Below, piece after piece: positions 26,342 through 38,340 of a stretch of DNA of 64,000 nucleotides (its first letter is position 1; each line of letters begins with the position of its first letter). Made by a program: the position numbers and the translations under genes. This DNA is from Chara braunii (Eukaryota > Plantae > Charophyceae): contig BFEA01000001.1 of NCBI GenBank assembly GCA_003427395.1, positions 11,738,966-11,802,965 on the forward strand, read 5' to 3'. Under the pieces are notes generated by a model. The model was not told the DNA's origin. It saw only the letters and a list, made by a program, of their open reading frames with translations, and ran no database searches.

Positions 26342-26521
26342 ATAAAATTGCCGAAGATGCATACACTTTGGTCATGGTTTGAGGCCTTCAAAGTGTGTGT
26401 GATCATTCCATTGTTTCCCTGCATGCCTGGGTCTCCATGTTTCCGTCCATCTGACCGCAGAGCAGAGAGAGAGGGAGTGAGCGGGAGAGAGTGAAAAAGA
26501 AGGAACTTCAAGGACATGGTA

Positions 26522-26688
<167 letters not shown>

Positions 26689-26695
26689 GTGTGTG

Positions 26696-26727
<32 letters not shown>

Positions 26728-27029
26728 CGCACATGGGTGTCTTTGTCTCGCTCGTGTGCATGGATGCAGAATCTCAAAAGAGTGAGCCAATTGCCCTGCT
26801 CTTCACATGGAATTTAAAATAACAGCAACCATGTCTGACACTCGCCTAGGCATAATCCACTCTCGGTGATTTACCAAGTTGCCCTGCAGGGCTGAGTAAG
26901 TAGGCAGTTGCATATGAGTTACAAAGAGCTGGAAATACAAGCAAGCGGCAGCTGGGTCACAACAGCAAAGGAAGACCGGTGTGGGTACGAGGCAGGTAAT
27001 ATGTTTTATGAGTCTGAAACCTGACCTTG

Positions 27030-28664
27030 GCTAAAGTCAAAAAGCATGAACCACCCAGCCCATGTGGCCGAATGGTTCACACATGTAACTGTTAATAAGC
27101 AGATTATGAGTTCGGATCTGACGGATGCAGATTGAATGAATACCACAATGCCACGGCCCACTCACTTTAGAAATAAGACAGCCATGTGGCATCACCCGCT
27201 GCAGTTTGGAACAAGATTCTTCACTGCATGCAAGAAATGCAGTGTGATCTGCCCCTAATAACCCTGTCTGTTGCTTGCAAGTAGAGATAACGGTTTGAAG
27301 GTGAGGTATTGTTAGTGGAACCTTGAACTTTATATCTAGGCTGAAATGAAATGAACTCAAACAAACAAAGCATGAGCCGGGTTTGAACAGACTTTGATTA
27401 GACTGAGCTGAGCTCAAATGCAGAAAAAAAGGAGTGCAGCCATTTGGCACCTGCTATCACATGAAACGTTAAGAGTGTGGGAATCTGACTTGAGTGACAG
27501 AAGGAAGTGTGACCTGCCACTGACGACCCTGTCTGTTGCTCGGAAGTGGACATAATGCGGTTGCAGCCTGCACGAGACTTAAATTCGATCTAGGCTAAAG
27601 TCAACCGACCTCCAACAAGCAAAGTGTGAACCAGACTTGAACAGAATTAAAATTAGATTGGAAGTCACACTGAAATTAACTCAAATGGACAAGCAAATGG
27701 AGTGAAGCCATGTGGCATCGCCTATTATTGCATGAACTGCACTTGAAGAGATTCCAATCAGATTGATGTCACATCGAAACCCAAACGAACAAACGGAGTG
27801 CATCGTTCGTTGGGCGTCACCTGTTATCACATGAAGCAGGCTCGAACAGATTCTAACTAGATTGAAGTCAAATGGAAATGAAATAAAAAAGTGGACCGAT
27901 GGAGTGGAACCGTGCAGCGGCGACTCCTATTATCACATGAACAGTTGATAAAAAAAGAGTCTCACTTGAGTAACAGAACGCAATTTGATCTACCACTGAT
28001 GACGCTGGTCGCAGGTGAGATATGTTCGCGGAAGCTTCAACTTGATACAGGCTAGAGTCAAAATGAATTCAAATTTCAAGCGAACAAAAACTGAATTGGG
28101 ATCGAACAGATTCTAATCACAGTGACGTCACACTGCAGTGAACTCAAGCGGACAAAAACATGGACTGCAACCATGTGGCACCACCCATCACATGAGAAGG
28201 TTGAGTGTGAGGGCTGGGCTTGAGTGAAAGAATGCAGTGTGATTCTGGCACTCCTGACCCTTGTCTCTTGCTTGAAAGTGGGGATACTGGGGTTTCCAGG
28301 GGGTACTGTTAGAGGCAGCATAAGTGTGACCTATGCTACCGTCTTCACCCGAATAAAACGCCCGGTAATTATCGCCGTATCTGGGCTGAGAGTTGTGCCC
28401 AATACAACTGTAATGACCCAGGCGTTCTATTCGGGTGAAGACGGTAGTGTCGAATAATGAACTCGAACAAACAAAGAAGGAACTAAGCTTGAACCCTTGA
28501 AGAACAGATTTTGTAATTACCCTGGCGAACTGATTGATATGGACCAAAAAAATGGGAGTGCAACCTTCAGCACTACGTATCACATGAAACGGACAGTTAT
28601 ACTGTGATGTGGGAATCAGGCTTGTGGGTCAAAAGATGACGTCCTGCACCAACGAGCCTGTCTG
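27030..28664 (-). repeat. Diverged tandem array of about 270-300 bp units containing the epsilon-tubulin stop region and 3' flank
   Basis: CCTGTCTGTT(A/G)CTTG.AAG..GA.ATAA (tubulin end, 28657-28710) recurs at about 27263, 27528 and 28259. The flanking motif GGAGTG..CC...CAC...TATCACATGAA also recurs in the units. Confidence 0.75.
28337..28446. mobile_element. Second copy of the TA-CCGTCTTCACC hairpin MITE
   Basis: Same TIRs, same length, similar interior as 21691-21799; inserted in the tubulin 3' echo array. Confidence 0.8.
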
Positions 28665-29689
28665 TTACTTGAAGGTGGAGATAATGGGGTGCAGGCGAGG
28701 CACTGTCGGTGGAGGCTGAGCCCATTGTAGGCTTTGGTAATCGGCAATGAGGGTTTCCAGGGTTTCGAGGCTGTCTTCAAAAGATGCAGGTTCCATATAC
28801 TTAGTGTAATGATGGAGGAACATGCCTCGCTTGAAAAGCTTGCTGAAACGGTCCTTGATGTTGGTGAACGTATCACTGACGCAGCAATTGTTGCACAGGC
28901 AAAGGAGAGAGTAGGGCAATCCAACAGGAGGCTTGGAGCACAGCCCCACCTTGAAACCTTCAGGTGCATTCCAATAGACCATGTTGAGGCGGTTCTTGAT
29001 GCGAGCAATGTTCCTGTTCATGTCGGAGATGGTACACGACGTAGGGGAGCCTCTCAATGTCAGAGCGCAAGCGAGGTATGTGGAGCTGCAAGGGTCGGCC
29101 TTGATCAGCTGATTCTTCCAAGAAAATACCTCCGAGAACAGAATGTCGATGGCTTTGGAGTTTGCCGAAGAAGAAGAAGAAGAAGAAAACGAGGGTTGAG
29201 TTCTACCAGCCGCAGCAAATGCACCTGCAGAAGCAGGAAGAGAGGGGGATGGAGGTGCTTGCCCTCCCAGAAGAGGGGACATGCTGGAGACCAAGAAGTG
29301 AAGGCGAGGGTAAGGAACAAGATTCATGGTGATCTCGTTCATGTCAACATTCAGAGAACCCTCGAATCGAACGGAGCACGTAAGGTCAAGAAGTAGACTG
29401 GCTGCCACACCATTCATATCATCCCAAGGTTTCCCTCCTGCCATCTGCCTCTGTGAGGTGTGACCATGATTTCCATCAACATGGCTACACCGATTCTCAT
29501 GCAAGGAAGACGGCAAAGAAGAAGACCCGGCAGCATACACACCTCTGCCAGTTGCCATTGCTGAGGGTGAATGACCAGTCCGCTGCGCACATCCTCCTCC
29601 GCCTCGTTCACCTTGTCTTCCTGTCCCTCTCCGTCCACCTGCAGCAGCTGCTGCAGCAAGACAAGAGGGGTTCAACCCACCCCTGCTGG

Positions 29690-29725
<36 letters not shown>

Positions 29726-30398
29726 AGTTGCGAGTTATTTCGATGAGGGCTTGATTCTCAATGGGTAAGACGCAATCTGTGTTTTCTGCCAAGGAGGCGA
29801 CTGCAAGCATGCTATTGTAAGGCGACGTGACTACGTCATCATCTGCTGAAGGGAAGACACAGGCTGAGAACCTGTAGACCTCTGGATACTCGTCGTGAAG
29901 CTGCTCCATCACGTACGTGCCAACGCCTGAGCCGGTACCTCCTCCGAGGGAATGCAGCATGAAGAAGCTCTGAAGGGAGTCGCACCCCTCTGCCTCCCTG
30001 CGAACGGATTCCAGAATGCTGTCTTTGTATTGAGGCCCGTACACCTCGTGACCATGGGCCCAGTTGTTTCCTGATCCCGACATGTCTGTTATGTACTGAC
30101 GGGAGTCAAACAGCTCACCTAGAGAGCCCTTCAGCAGCTCCTTAACAACACCTTCTTCCATGTCTATGAGTACTGCTCTTGCCTTCAGGAAACGAATCAT
30201 CCCTCTGCCGTCACCGACAGGCAGCTCTAACGGTGGGTCAAACCGCCTGTCCACATTGTGGAAGAAGCTGCTCAACGCATCATCAAACAATCCCCTTGGA
30301 TTATAGCAAGAATGCTCCTTCAGTGCAAGCTCCCAGAACCTGCAGCCGATCTGATTGCCACACTGGCCCACCTGGATGGTGATAATCTCACGCGGCAT
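28665..30398 (-). CDS. TUBE1: Epsilon-tubulin, uninterrupted 577-aa ORF
   Basis: MPREIITIQVGQCGNQIG, GSGNNWAHG and tubulin signature GGGTGSG. Epsilon-type segments LKARAVLIDMEEGVV, DDDVVTSPYNS, LNVDMNEITMNLVPYPRL, EGFKVGLCSKPPVG and HHYTKYM; no acidic alpha/beta tail. Confidence 0.93.
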
Positions 30399-30690
30399 CG
30401 TCGTCTACCCCCTTGCTTTGGTCGCCCTCTTCCCCTCGTCACCTCTTTTTTTCAATCACAAGAGCGTTTTCCTTCGGCCTGCAACTGCAACCTCGAACGC
30501 AAACTCCATCGAAAAGCAAGTAGAATAGAGATCGTATGATAGCTGATTATCTCGTACAGCTCCGTGTAGCACCACTTCCATCTTTCTTTTGCTTAGTTCT
30601 CTTTCCTGCTTTCATCTACACCTCGTACAGTGATTAGGTCGCTGAAAGTAGCTTCTGTTTATCAAAGTGCTTAAGAAAGCTCCAAAATCC

Positions 30691-31115
30691 AAGCTCCCAG
30701 AATATGCAGCCGATCTGACGGCCACAGTGGCCAACCCGGATGATGGTGGTTATCGCACGTGGAATCCTCCCTCTACCCCCCCCCTGCCATGATCATCGCG
30801 TTTCATCATGTCTTGGTAATTGCAAGAGAGTTTTCCTTCAGCGTGCAAGGCTCCAAAGGGAATGACAGCAACGACTGGGGCTACAAAATAAGTAGAGTAG
30901 AGAGCCATATCTCGTTAGGGTTCCGAGAGGAGTCGAGTACCACAGGCATGTTTTTTTTATCAGTTCTCTCGTCTCGTTCAATCACCCACAGCAAGAACAA
31001 GACTGTTCGTCCTATGCGAAGCCTCCCAGAGTGTCTCGGCGATCTGACTGCCGCATTGTCCAACCTGGATCATGGTGCAAGACTTCATGTGGCATCCTCC
31101 TCCACACCCCTTTTG
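30691..31115 (-). pseudogene. Two decayed tandem copies of the epsilon-tubulin 5' end
   Basis: 30691-30920 parallels 30327-30540. 31019-31115 reads, on the minus strand with one frameshift, MPHEVL/TMIQVGQCGSQIAETLWE versus MPREIITIQVGQCGNQIGCRFWE. Confidence 0.85.
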
Positions 31116-31633
31116 TGATCGTCCTGTTCCTCTTCAGCACTTATTTCCTTCCTTTGTCCACTAACAACGCCTGTTCACTGTTTAAGGGAGAACCCAAGTC
31201 ACCCAACTCATAACAGAACATTATCCTCTCAAGCAGTTACTCATCATCATCAGATTTGCAATGTTAATTGCCAGCAAGGTTATCCTCTCGAAAACACTGC
31301 ACAGATTTGCAGGCAACATCATCCTCTGAAAACTCAGCTCAGATCTGCTGGGAACATCCTCCTCCCAAACACTAAACACTGCACAGATCTGCAGGCATGT
31401 TAGTTGCAGGTACTATTACAGTATAATACTATCCTCGCAGATGTGAGGCTTCAGGCCTGTACCGCTAACTCTGTCAGAGCGCATGGTGGGCCGATGAGCT
31501 CTCATTCAAGGAAGGAGGTGAGGAGCAGCCAAGTTAAGCTGCTCCGCCCAGCGGCTGCCATAGCTGCGGTGGGCGAGGGAAAAGGGTGGCGCTGTGACTG
31601 GAGATCGAGAAGACGAACAGCAGTGGACTGGGG

Positions 31634-31645
31634 GATACTTACCTG
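31634..31645 (-). promoter_or_regulatory. Consensus 5' splice donor, possibly of a 5'UTR intron of epsilon-tubulin
   Basis: CCAG|GTAAGTAT, fully complementary to the U1 5' end. A candidate acceptor TTGCAG|G lies at 30479, about 80 nt before the ATG. Confidence 0.35.
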
Positions 31646-31902
31646 GTGATGACCAAGAAGCACGCCTGCAGTGGTTATAGCCTTTGCAGCATTGCTGGGA
31701 GAGAGAATAACGGACAGACAGAGTGTGTGAGGGAGAGAAGTAGGAGGTGTACAGGGAGAGTAGGAGAGTAGTATAGCTGGTCGCATCGCAGTAGAGCTGC
31801 TACATTGTTGTTCTAATGATTACCGGAGGCAAGAAGTTGGGCTTTCTTTGTCAGAAGACTTCGATGTTGAGGGCATGCTCACACTAGGGCTTTTGTATAA
31901 AG

Positions 31903-32755
31903 CTCTGGACGTGATTGCAGCCAGATTCATCCAGGTTTGGTCGTAATCGCACTCAGATGCAATTTGGAAAGTGCTACCGGTAGTGTGAGTATTATGAACT
32001 GAGTGCGTTCCAATCTGGTGTGCTCTCGGCTTTGTAATTCTGCTTCCGACTTCGCTCACATACGCTTTTCCTGCTTTGAGGCTTTTGCAGCTCGGAAAAG
32101 TTGAGTTCCTATTCATTGGTTCCTTGCACAAACACTGCACCGAATTGCAGGCAAACTAGCGATCTGCAGTAAGATCTGCAGGTCGTCAACGCTCATTAAC
32201 AGATCCTTCAGGGCACCCCAATTAAGACTCTCTGGACGTGATTGCAGCCAGATTCATCCAGGTTTGGTCGTAATCGCAGTCCGATGCATTTTGGAAAGTG
32301 CTAGTGTGAGTATTATGCCCTGAGTGCGTTCCAATCTGGTGTGCTCTCGGCTTTGTAATTCTGCATCCCACTTCGCTCACATACGCTTTTCCTGCTTTGA
32401 GCCTTTTGCAGCTCGTAAAAATTTGAGTTCCTATTCATTGGTTCCTTGCACAAACACTGCGCCAAATTGCAGGCAAACTAGCGAGAAATGATCTGCAGGT
32501 CGTTAACGCTCGTTAACAGATCTGCGGGTCGTCAACGCTCATTAACAGATCGGCAGGTCGTCAACGCTCATTAACAGTCCTCATTTCTGTCAACGCTCAT
32601 TAACGCTCATTAACGCTCATTAACGCTCATTAACGCTCATTTGAGTTCCTAATCATTGGTACCTTGCACAAACACTGCTTGGAGCCTTTTCCTGCTAAGA
32701 TCTGCAGGTCGTCAACGCTCATTAACAGATCCTTCAGGGCACCCCAATTAAGACT
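31903..32755. repeat. 327-bp tandem duplication plus AACGCTCATT 10-mer array leading into a U6 copy
   Basis: Unit starts at 31903 and 32230; (TAACGCTCAT)n at 32592-32641. Confidence 0.85.
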
Positions 32756-32830
32756 TGGTAAAATGCCCAGAACATTAGCATGGCCCCTGCCCAAGGCTGA
32801 CAAGAACAAATCGAGAAATGATCTAAAATT
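32730..32830 (+). pseudogene. U6: Highly diverged U6 snRNA copy
   Basis: ATTAGCATGGCCCCTGCCCAAGGCTGACA...AAATCGAGAAATGATCTAAAATTT. Its 5' part is also duplicated at about 32203-32228. Confidence 0.8.
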
Positions 32831-33177
32831 TCCTAATGTCCTCCTTTGAAAACTGAATCCTGTATTCACAGGGATGAAGTACTGTACTGAGTCTCATTTG
32901 TCTTGCAGCCAGATTGACAAATGCCATGCCCGATCTCGCTCTAGGGAGACCTCCAGTAAACAACCAATTGCTGATGCCGAAGACACGAAAATGATGCCAC
33001 ATACCCCACCCAAACGAAACGCTCAGACTTCTATTTTCATTCTCTTTCTTTGGCTCAGAACAGCCTACGTTTTTACACCAGGCCCCAATGTCACAGCTAT
33101 AGCAAAAAGAGATCCACTAGACAGAAACGGCGAACGAGAAAACGAAACCTCCTCCCCCCTCTTTCCCTCCTACCCTC

Positions 33178-33873
33178 NNNNNNNNNNNNNNNNNNNNNNN
33201 NNNNNNNNNNNNNNNNNNNNNNNNNNNNNNNNNNNNNNNNNNNNNNNNNNNNNNNNNNNNNNNNNNNNNNNNNNNNNNNNNNNNNNNNNNNNNNNNNNNN
33301 NNNNNNNNNNNNNNNNNNNNNNNNNNNNNNNNNNNNNNNNNNNNNNNNNNNNNNNNNNNNNNNNNNNNNNNNNNNNNNNNNNNNNNNNNNNNNNNNNNNN
33401 NNNNNNNNNNNNNNNNNNNNNNNNNNNNNNNNNNNNNNNNNNNNNNNNNNNNNNNNNNNNNNNNNNNNNNNNNNNNNNNNNNNNNNNNNNNNNNNNNNNN
33501 NNNNNNNNNNNNNNNNNNNNNNNNNNNNNNNNNNNNNNNNNNNNNNNNNNNNNNNNNNNNNNNNNNNNNNNNNNNNNNNNNNNNNNNNNNNNNNNNNNNN
33601 NNNNNNNNNNNNNNNNNNNNNNNNNNNNNNNNNNNNNNNNNNNNNNNNNNNNNNNNNNNNNNNNNNNNNNNNNNNNNNNNNNNNNNNNNNNNNNNNNNNN
33701 NNNNNNNNNNNNNNNNNNNNNNNNNNNNNNNNNNNNNNNNNNNNNNNNNNNNNNNNNNNNNNNNNNNNNNNNNNNNNNNNNNNNNNNNNNNNNNNNNNNN
33801 NNNNNNNNNNNNNNNNNNNNNNNNNNNNNNNNNNNNNNNNNNNNNNNNNNNNNNNNNNNNNNNNNNNNNNNNN
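33178..33873. other. Assembly gap (other gaps at 35321, 38404, 41120, 53728, 56175)
   Basis: N runs. Confidence 1.
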
Positions 33874-33959
<86 letters not shown>

Positions 33960-34244
33960 CGTGTGTGTCTGTCTGTGTGTTTCTTTTCTTTCTTTGCCTT
34001 GCCGGGTTTGAATCTTACTCTTTGAGATGCAAGGGGGTTATCTTTCTTGTTTCTGTGTTCTAATCAATGAATGTCTAACTTCTTGATGGCAGGGTAGAAT
34101 CTTTTGCTTCTTATTTTGAAGGTTTCTTTAAATGGATATCCCGTTTTCTGTTGAAATGACCAGGTGGTGAGACTGACTCTCCCTCGGCTATTCAAGTTCC
34201 GCCTCTCCACAGAGGCGGCCGTGAGAAACACCCCTCTCTCTCTG

Positions 34245-34278
<34 letters not shown>

Positions 34279-35242
34279 GGAAAGGGAGAATGCTGCCGGA
34301 ACGATATTTTCAACATCTGGTAAAGAGTTCAACATTTGTTTCGAGTAAGACGATCAAAGGTGTGATAAAACTGTGATTATGTGTGTAGCATGTCGATTCA
34401 TTAACTAAATTAATACTCGATGATGGCCGTGCATATGAAATAACAGCAGGGAGAAGAATCAACCGACGAAACCGACGACCTCGCGTTGTTCGCCGATTTT
34501 AATCAAATCCATTCACTGACTTTACTCCATCCACTCACTATCCTGATGAGTGGAAGAAGGCTCCACTGAGAGAATTGGTTGCACAATCGACGGACATTGT
34601 GACCTGACTAAAATCATTTGGATGCGGTCATCAATTCTGCAAAAATTTGATTTCGGCGCACAGGTAGGTGATAATGTTGACGTCAACAATGTCGGCGCAC
34701 ACGAAATATGAAAGAGGAGAGATGCAGCCAGTCTGGCAGCATCCCGACCAGTTGAATGGAGATTCAAATTCAAAACAAGAAGAGAGATATGATCGGAATC
34801 GAGTGACCGGGAGGACCAATTAGCCCCAGACGTGAAGAGACGGCAGCCAAACAGCATAAAGGGGGGAAAACAAAGAAAAAGTACATGATACTATGATGAT
34901 AGAGAAAAAGAGCCCGAAGGATGTAATACAGTAATATCACACAATCAATATTCCGTCATCATCTTATTATTTTTGCTCTTTTTCTCTTTTTTTTTTAACA
35001 TTTAGAATCACCTAGGAAGGGACTTGAAGTCGGACAGGCGTGCCTCCACAAAGAGCAGATAGTGGCCCCAAGATTACTATCCCAGTGGGACGTCTCTGTG
35101 CCCTCCCGCCATCTCGCCCTCCCTCAATCTTCCCGTTCTCTTGCTATTCTCCCCTCTCATCCCTCTCTTGCTCGCTCCAGGGGGTGCGTCCAGTCATTAC
35201 CAACAGTCAAATGTCCTTTCATGCCACACCCTCTGCCCCCCT

Positions 35243-35297
<55 letters not shown>

Positions 35298-35380
35298 TCT
35301 CTCTCTCTCTCTCTCTCTCTNNNNNNNNNNNNNNNNNNNNNNNNNNNNNNNNNNNNNNNNNNNNNNNNNNNNNNNNNNNN

Positions 35381-35422
<42 letters not shown>

Positions 35423-36218
35423 ACGCATCTCTCTCTCTCTCTCTCATCTCTCAACTTGTGCCCTCCATCCCCCATCCCAATCTTCCCCCCACCCATCCGC
35501 TTTTCTCAATCGTCTCTATTCCCGTCCTTCTCCCACGCCTTTCTCGCCTCCGTCGGAATCCTCTTCGAGCTCTTGCTCCTCCCAACCCCTGCGGATCTGG
35601 TATGTCCTTTCCTCTCTTCCTCGGTCTGTCGCTCTTTCTCTCTTCGTTGCTCTCTCTCCATCACCTGCATATCCACATTCACCCTATCCCTCTTGTGATT
35701 CAGGCTCTTCGGCATTATACTGCTCTCTTTTCCATTCAACCTGTTCCCCACCCTCCGCGCTGCTGTGCAATCACTTCCTCCCCAGCTTGTCCGGATCCCA
35801 TTCCACGACCTGCATTCCTTACCCTTTGCCTTGGCGTTCTTTCCCCCGGGGTTCATGAGCTCCCACACGTTCACCCCGATTGGCCGGCATACCGACCTTC
35901 TCCTCCTCTCGATTTATGTAGGGTCACCCTCGACGACCCTCCCTCAATATCCACAGCGACATTCTCCTGTCTGCCTGACCAGGCACTTACCCCCTTCGTG
36001 TTCCCTCTCGCCTTGCCTCTCCGCATTCAACGCATGATTCCCGCCTACTTCTTCCGATAGCGGCCGTGCACAAATCGTGTCCAACGGCCTCCCCCAAAAA
36101 ATGTGCCACTTACAACACGGCAGCCCCAGAGAAAAATGAAGTTGCGGAATGGACGGGTGGAGGGACGGGGGAAGAAGGAGGGATGTAGGGAGAGAAAGGG
36201 GCCGAGGGTGGGGAGAGG

Positions 36219-36264
<46 letters not shown>

Positions 36265-36365
36265 GCACTTCGTGCACTAAGTGTGAACGGAACTCTCCAC
36301 CGTTCATGCACAACACGGCTCAGGCAAAACATGGCTGAGAGAGAGGACGGAGGGAGGGAGGGAGG

Positions 36366-36398
<33 letters not shown>

Positions 36399-36629
36399 AC
36401 GGAAGGGGAGAGGGTGCACTTCGCCAGGCCGTGCGGACTCACCTATTTTTTTTGGGGGGGGACGAGTGTGAATGGAACTCTTCACATCTTCAGGCAGAAC
36501 ACCGAAGGCACAGACAGGGAGAAAGGGGGAGAGAGGGGGAGAGACTGCACTTCCGCACACGCCCGTTTGCAGGCAACTCGACCCTGCTCCGTCTATTCCT
36601 TGCTGGGCAGCGCCCACCAGAACGGAAAA

Positions 36630-36745
36630 TCCCGAAGGCGCTAACCGAAGAAAACAAATCCCCGTATGAAACGGCGATGTGCCCAGCTCAGTTGGCACTC
36701 CAACGCACTGTTGAAATGCGACCTGGGTTCAAATCCTTCGCCGCA
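36630..36745 (+). mobile_element. Dispersed repeat with tRNA-like A/B boxes (family B)
   Basis: AGCTCAGTTGG (36685) and GGTTCAAATCC (36726) are 30 nt apart; homologous to 46310-46420. Confidence 0.5.
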
Positions 36746-36769
36746 TGCAGATTGCACTTCAAGCGCTCG

Positions 36770-36915
36770 TGGCAACGAGCACCTTAGGACCCGTAGATTG
36801 CCTTCATGAGATCAAGGGCCACCGGTGTTGACGTCACAGTGGTGGCAACGAGCACCTTAGGACCCGTAGATTGACTTCATGAGATCAAGGGCCACCGGTG
36901 TTGACGTCACAGTGG
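36770..36915. repeat. Tandem duplication, ~73 bp x2
   Basis: GTGGCAACGAGCACCTTAGGACCCGTAG...GACGTCACAGTGG twice. Confidence 0.9.
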
Positions 36916-37319
36916 ATGGAACACGCCTCCAAATACATACTCCATGATGCAGTCGGTCCTTGTCTCCTGCCAGGCTGATCTCTGCGGGCAATCTCTTGTA
37001 CTACGGCAGAGGACATCTTTCAAGCGAAGAGAGACGCAAAAAAAAAAGAAAATCACAGACCACAACGCGAATCCATCCCGTCTGCATTGAATCCTCCATT
37101 TAACAATTAACAGATCTTCTAGATGTAGGTCTCTCTCGCCCTCTTGGGCCCAACGCTAAACTAACAAGCACCTACGCACACGCAGGGCAAGTGCATTTTT
37201 CTTTGTTCAAAAAGGCGGTCGGAGATCTATTATTCAAGCCGGTTTGGAACCCCGACACTCTTAAGGATATACGAAGCGAGTGGCTTGCAAGTAAAAGCCA
37301 CTCGCAGATCACGGGACTG

Positions 37320-38340
37320 ACAAGGCTTTGATTCGACTAATTGCGACCTTACACCACACACCAAATTTCAGGATGAAATTGAAGGCCAATTCACGAATCA
37401 TGAGGGGCTAATAACTACAGCCAATTAAATTTAATCATTTATCTTGAAGATCATAAATTTTTTTTTTTCGGACGATTGTCATGGAACATCTGATCGCACT
37501 CGTCGGTGGATTACCTAATGATCAAATGGATTAACTCATGATGACCTAATGAGTTAATCCATTTGATCATTAGTTAATCCATTTTATCATTAGGCAATTC
37601 ATGGATGACCTCATCAGGTATCTGATCAGGTCATCCAGGTAAGGCTTTGAGACTAATTGATTGGGACCTTACACTACACTACATACCAAATTGTCGGACT
37701 AAATTGTCGGCATAAAATTCACGAATCATCATAGATTACCTGAAATCAATTAAATATAAACAGATCATTCGCTAATCTATGATGATTCGAAGATCATTTT
37801 CCGGATGACCTGATTAGCGAAAGGTCATTCGATTTTTCTTTTTCCGGATCATAGATTAGCGAAAGATCATTCGAATTTTTTTTCCCAGATGATTGTCGTG
37901 GAACATCATCCGATCGCACTTGTGTCGGTGAATTACCTACTGATCTGGTGGATTAACTTGTGATCAGGCCATCCATGAAATGACCTGATCAGGTATCCGA
38001 TCAGGTAATTGGGACCTTACAACACATACCAAATTTCAGGATTAAAATGAAGGTCATTTGACGAATCATCAGTGATTACTTGCAGCCAATCAAATTGGTC
38101 ATTTGTCTTGAAGATCATCATTAGATCGTTCCCCAATGGCAATTATTGTCATGGAACACCTTATCAAAATTGGCGATCCGATACCTAATCATCAAGATCT
38201 TCAAGACAAATGTATCCGATCGCCAATCAAAATTGCCAATTAACTCATCAATCGACTCATCAATTAACTCATGATCAGGCAATCTATGGATATCCATGGA
38301 TCAGATCACTTTCCCGATCAGGTAATTCATGAATCACACC
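37320..38340. repeat. Three diverged ~330-bp units rich in GATC/TGATCA
   Basis: GACCTTACA..CACA.ACCAAATT...CGAATCAT...GAAGATCA...ATTGTC.TGGAACA at about 37345, 37664 and 38012. Confidence 0.75.

Noticed and set aside
31634-31645. U1 snRNA 5' end (ATACTTACCTGG)
   Set aside because: Downstream sequence does not continue as U1; better read as a consensus donor on the minus strand.
32500-32730. CRISPR-like array
   Set aside because: Repeats lack unique spacers; ordinary minisatellite in a eukaryotic genome.
34530-34575. Hammerhead ribozyme (CTGATGAG plus stem)
   Set aside because: No GAAA after the putative stem II and no stem I/III pairing seen.
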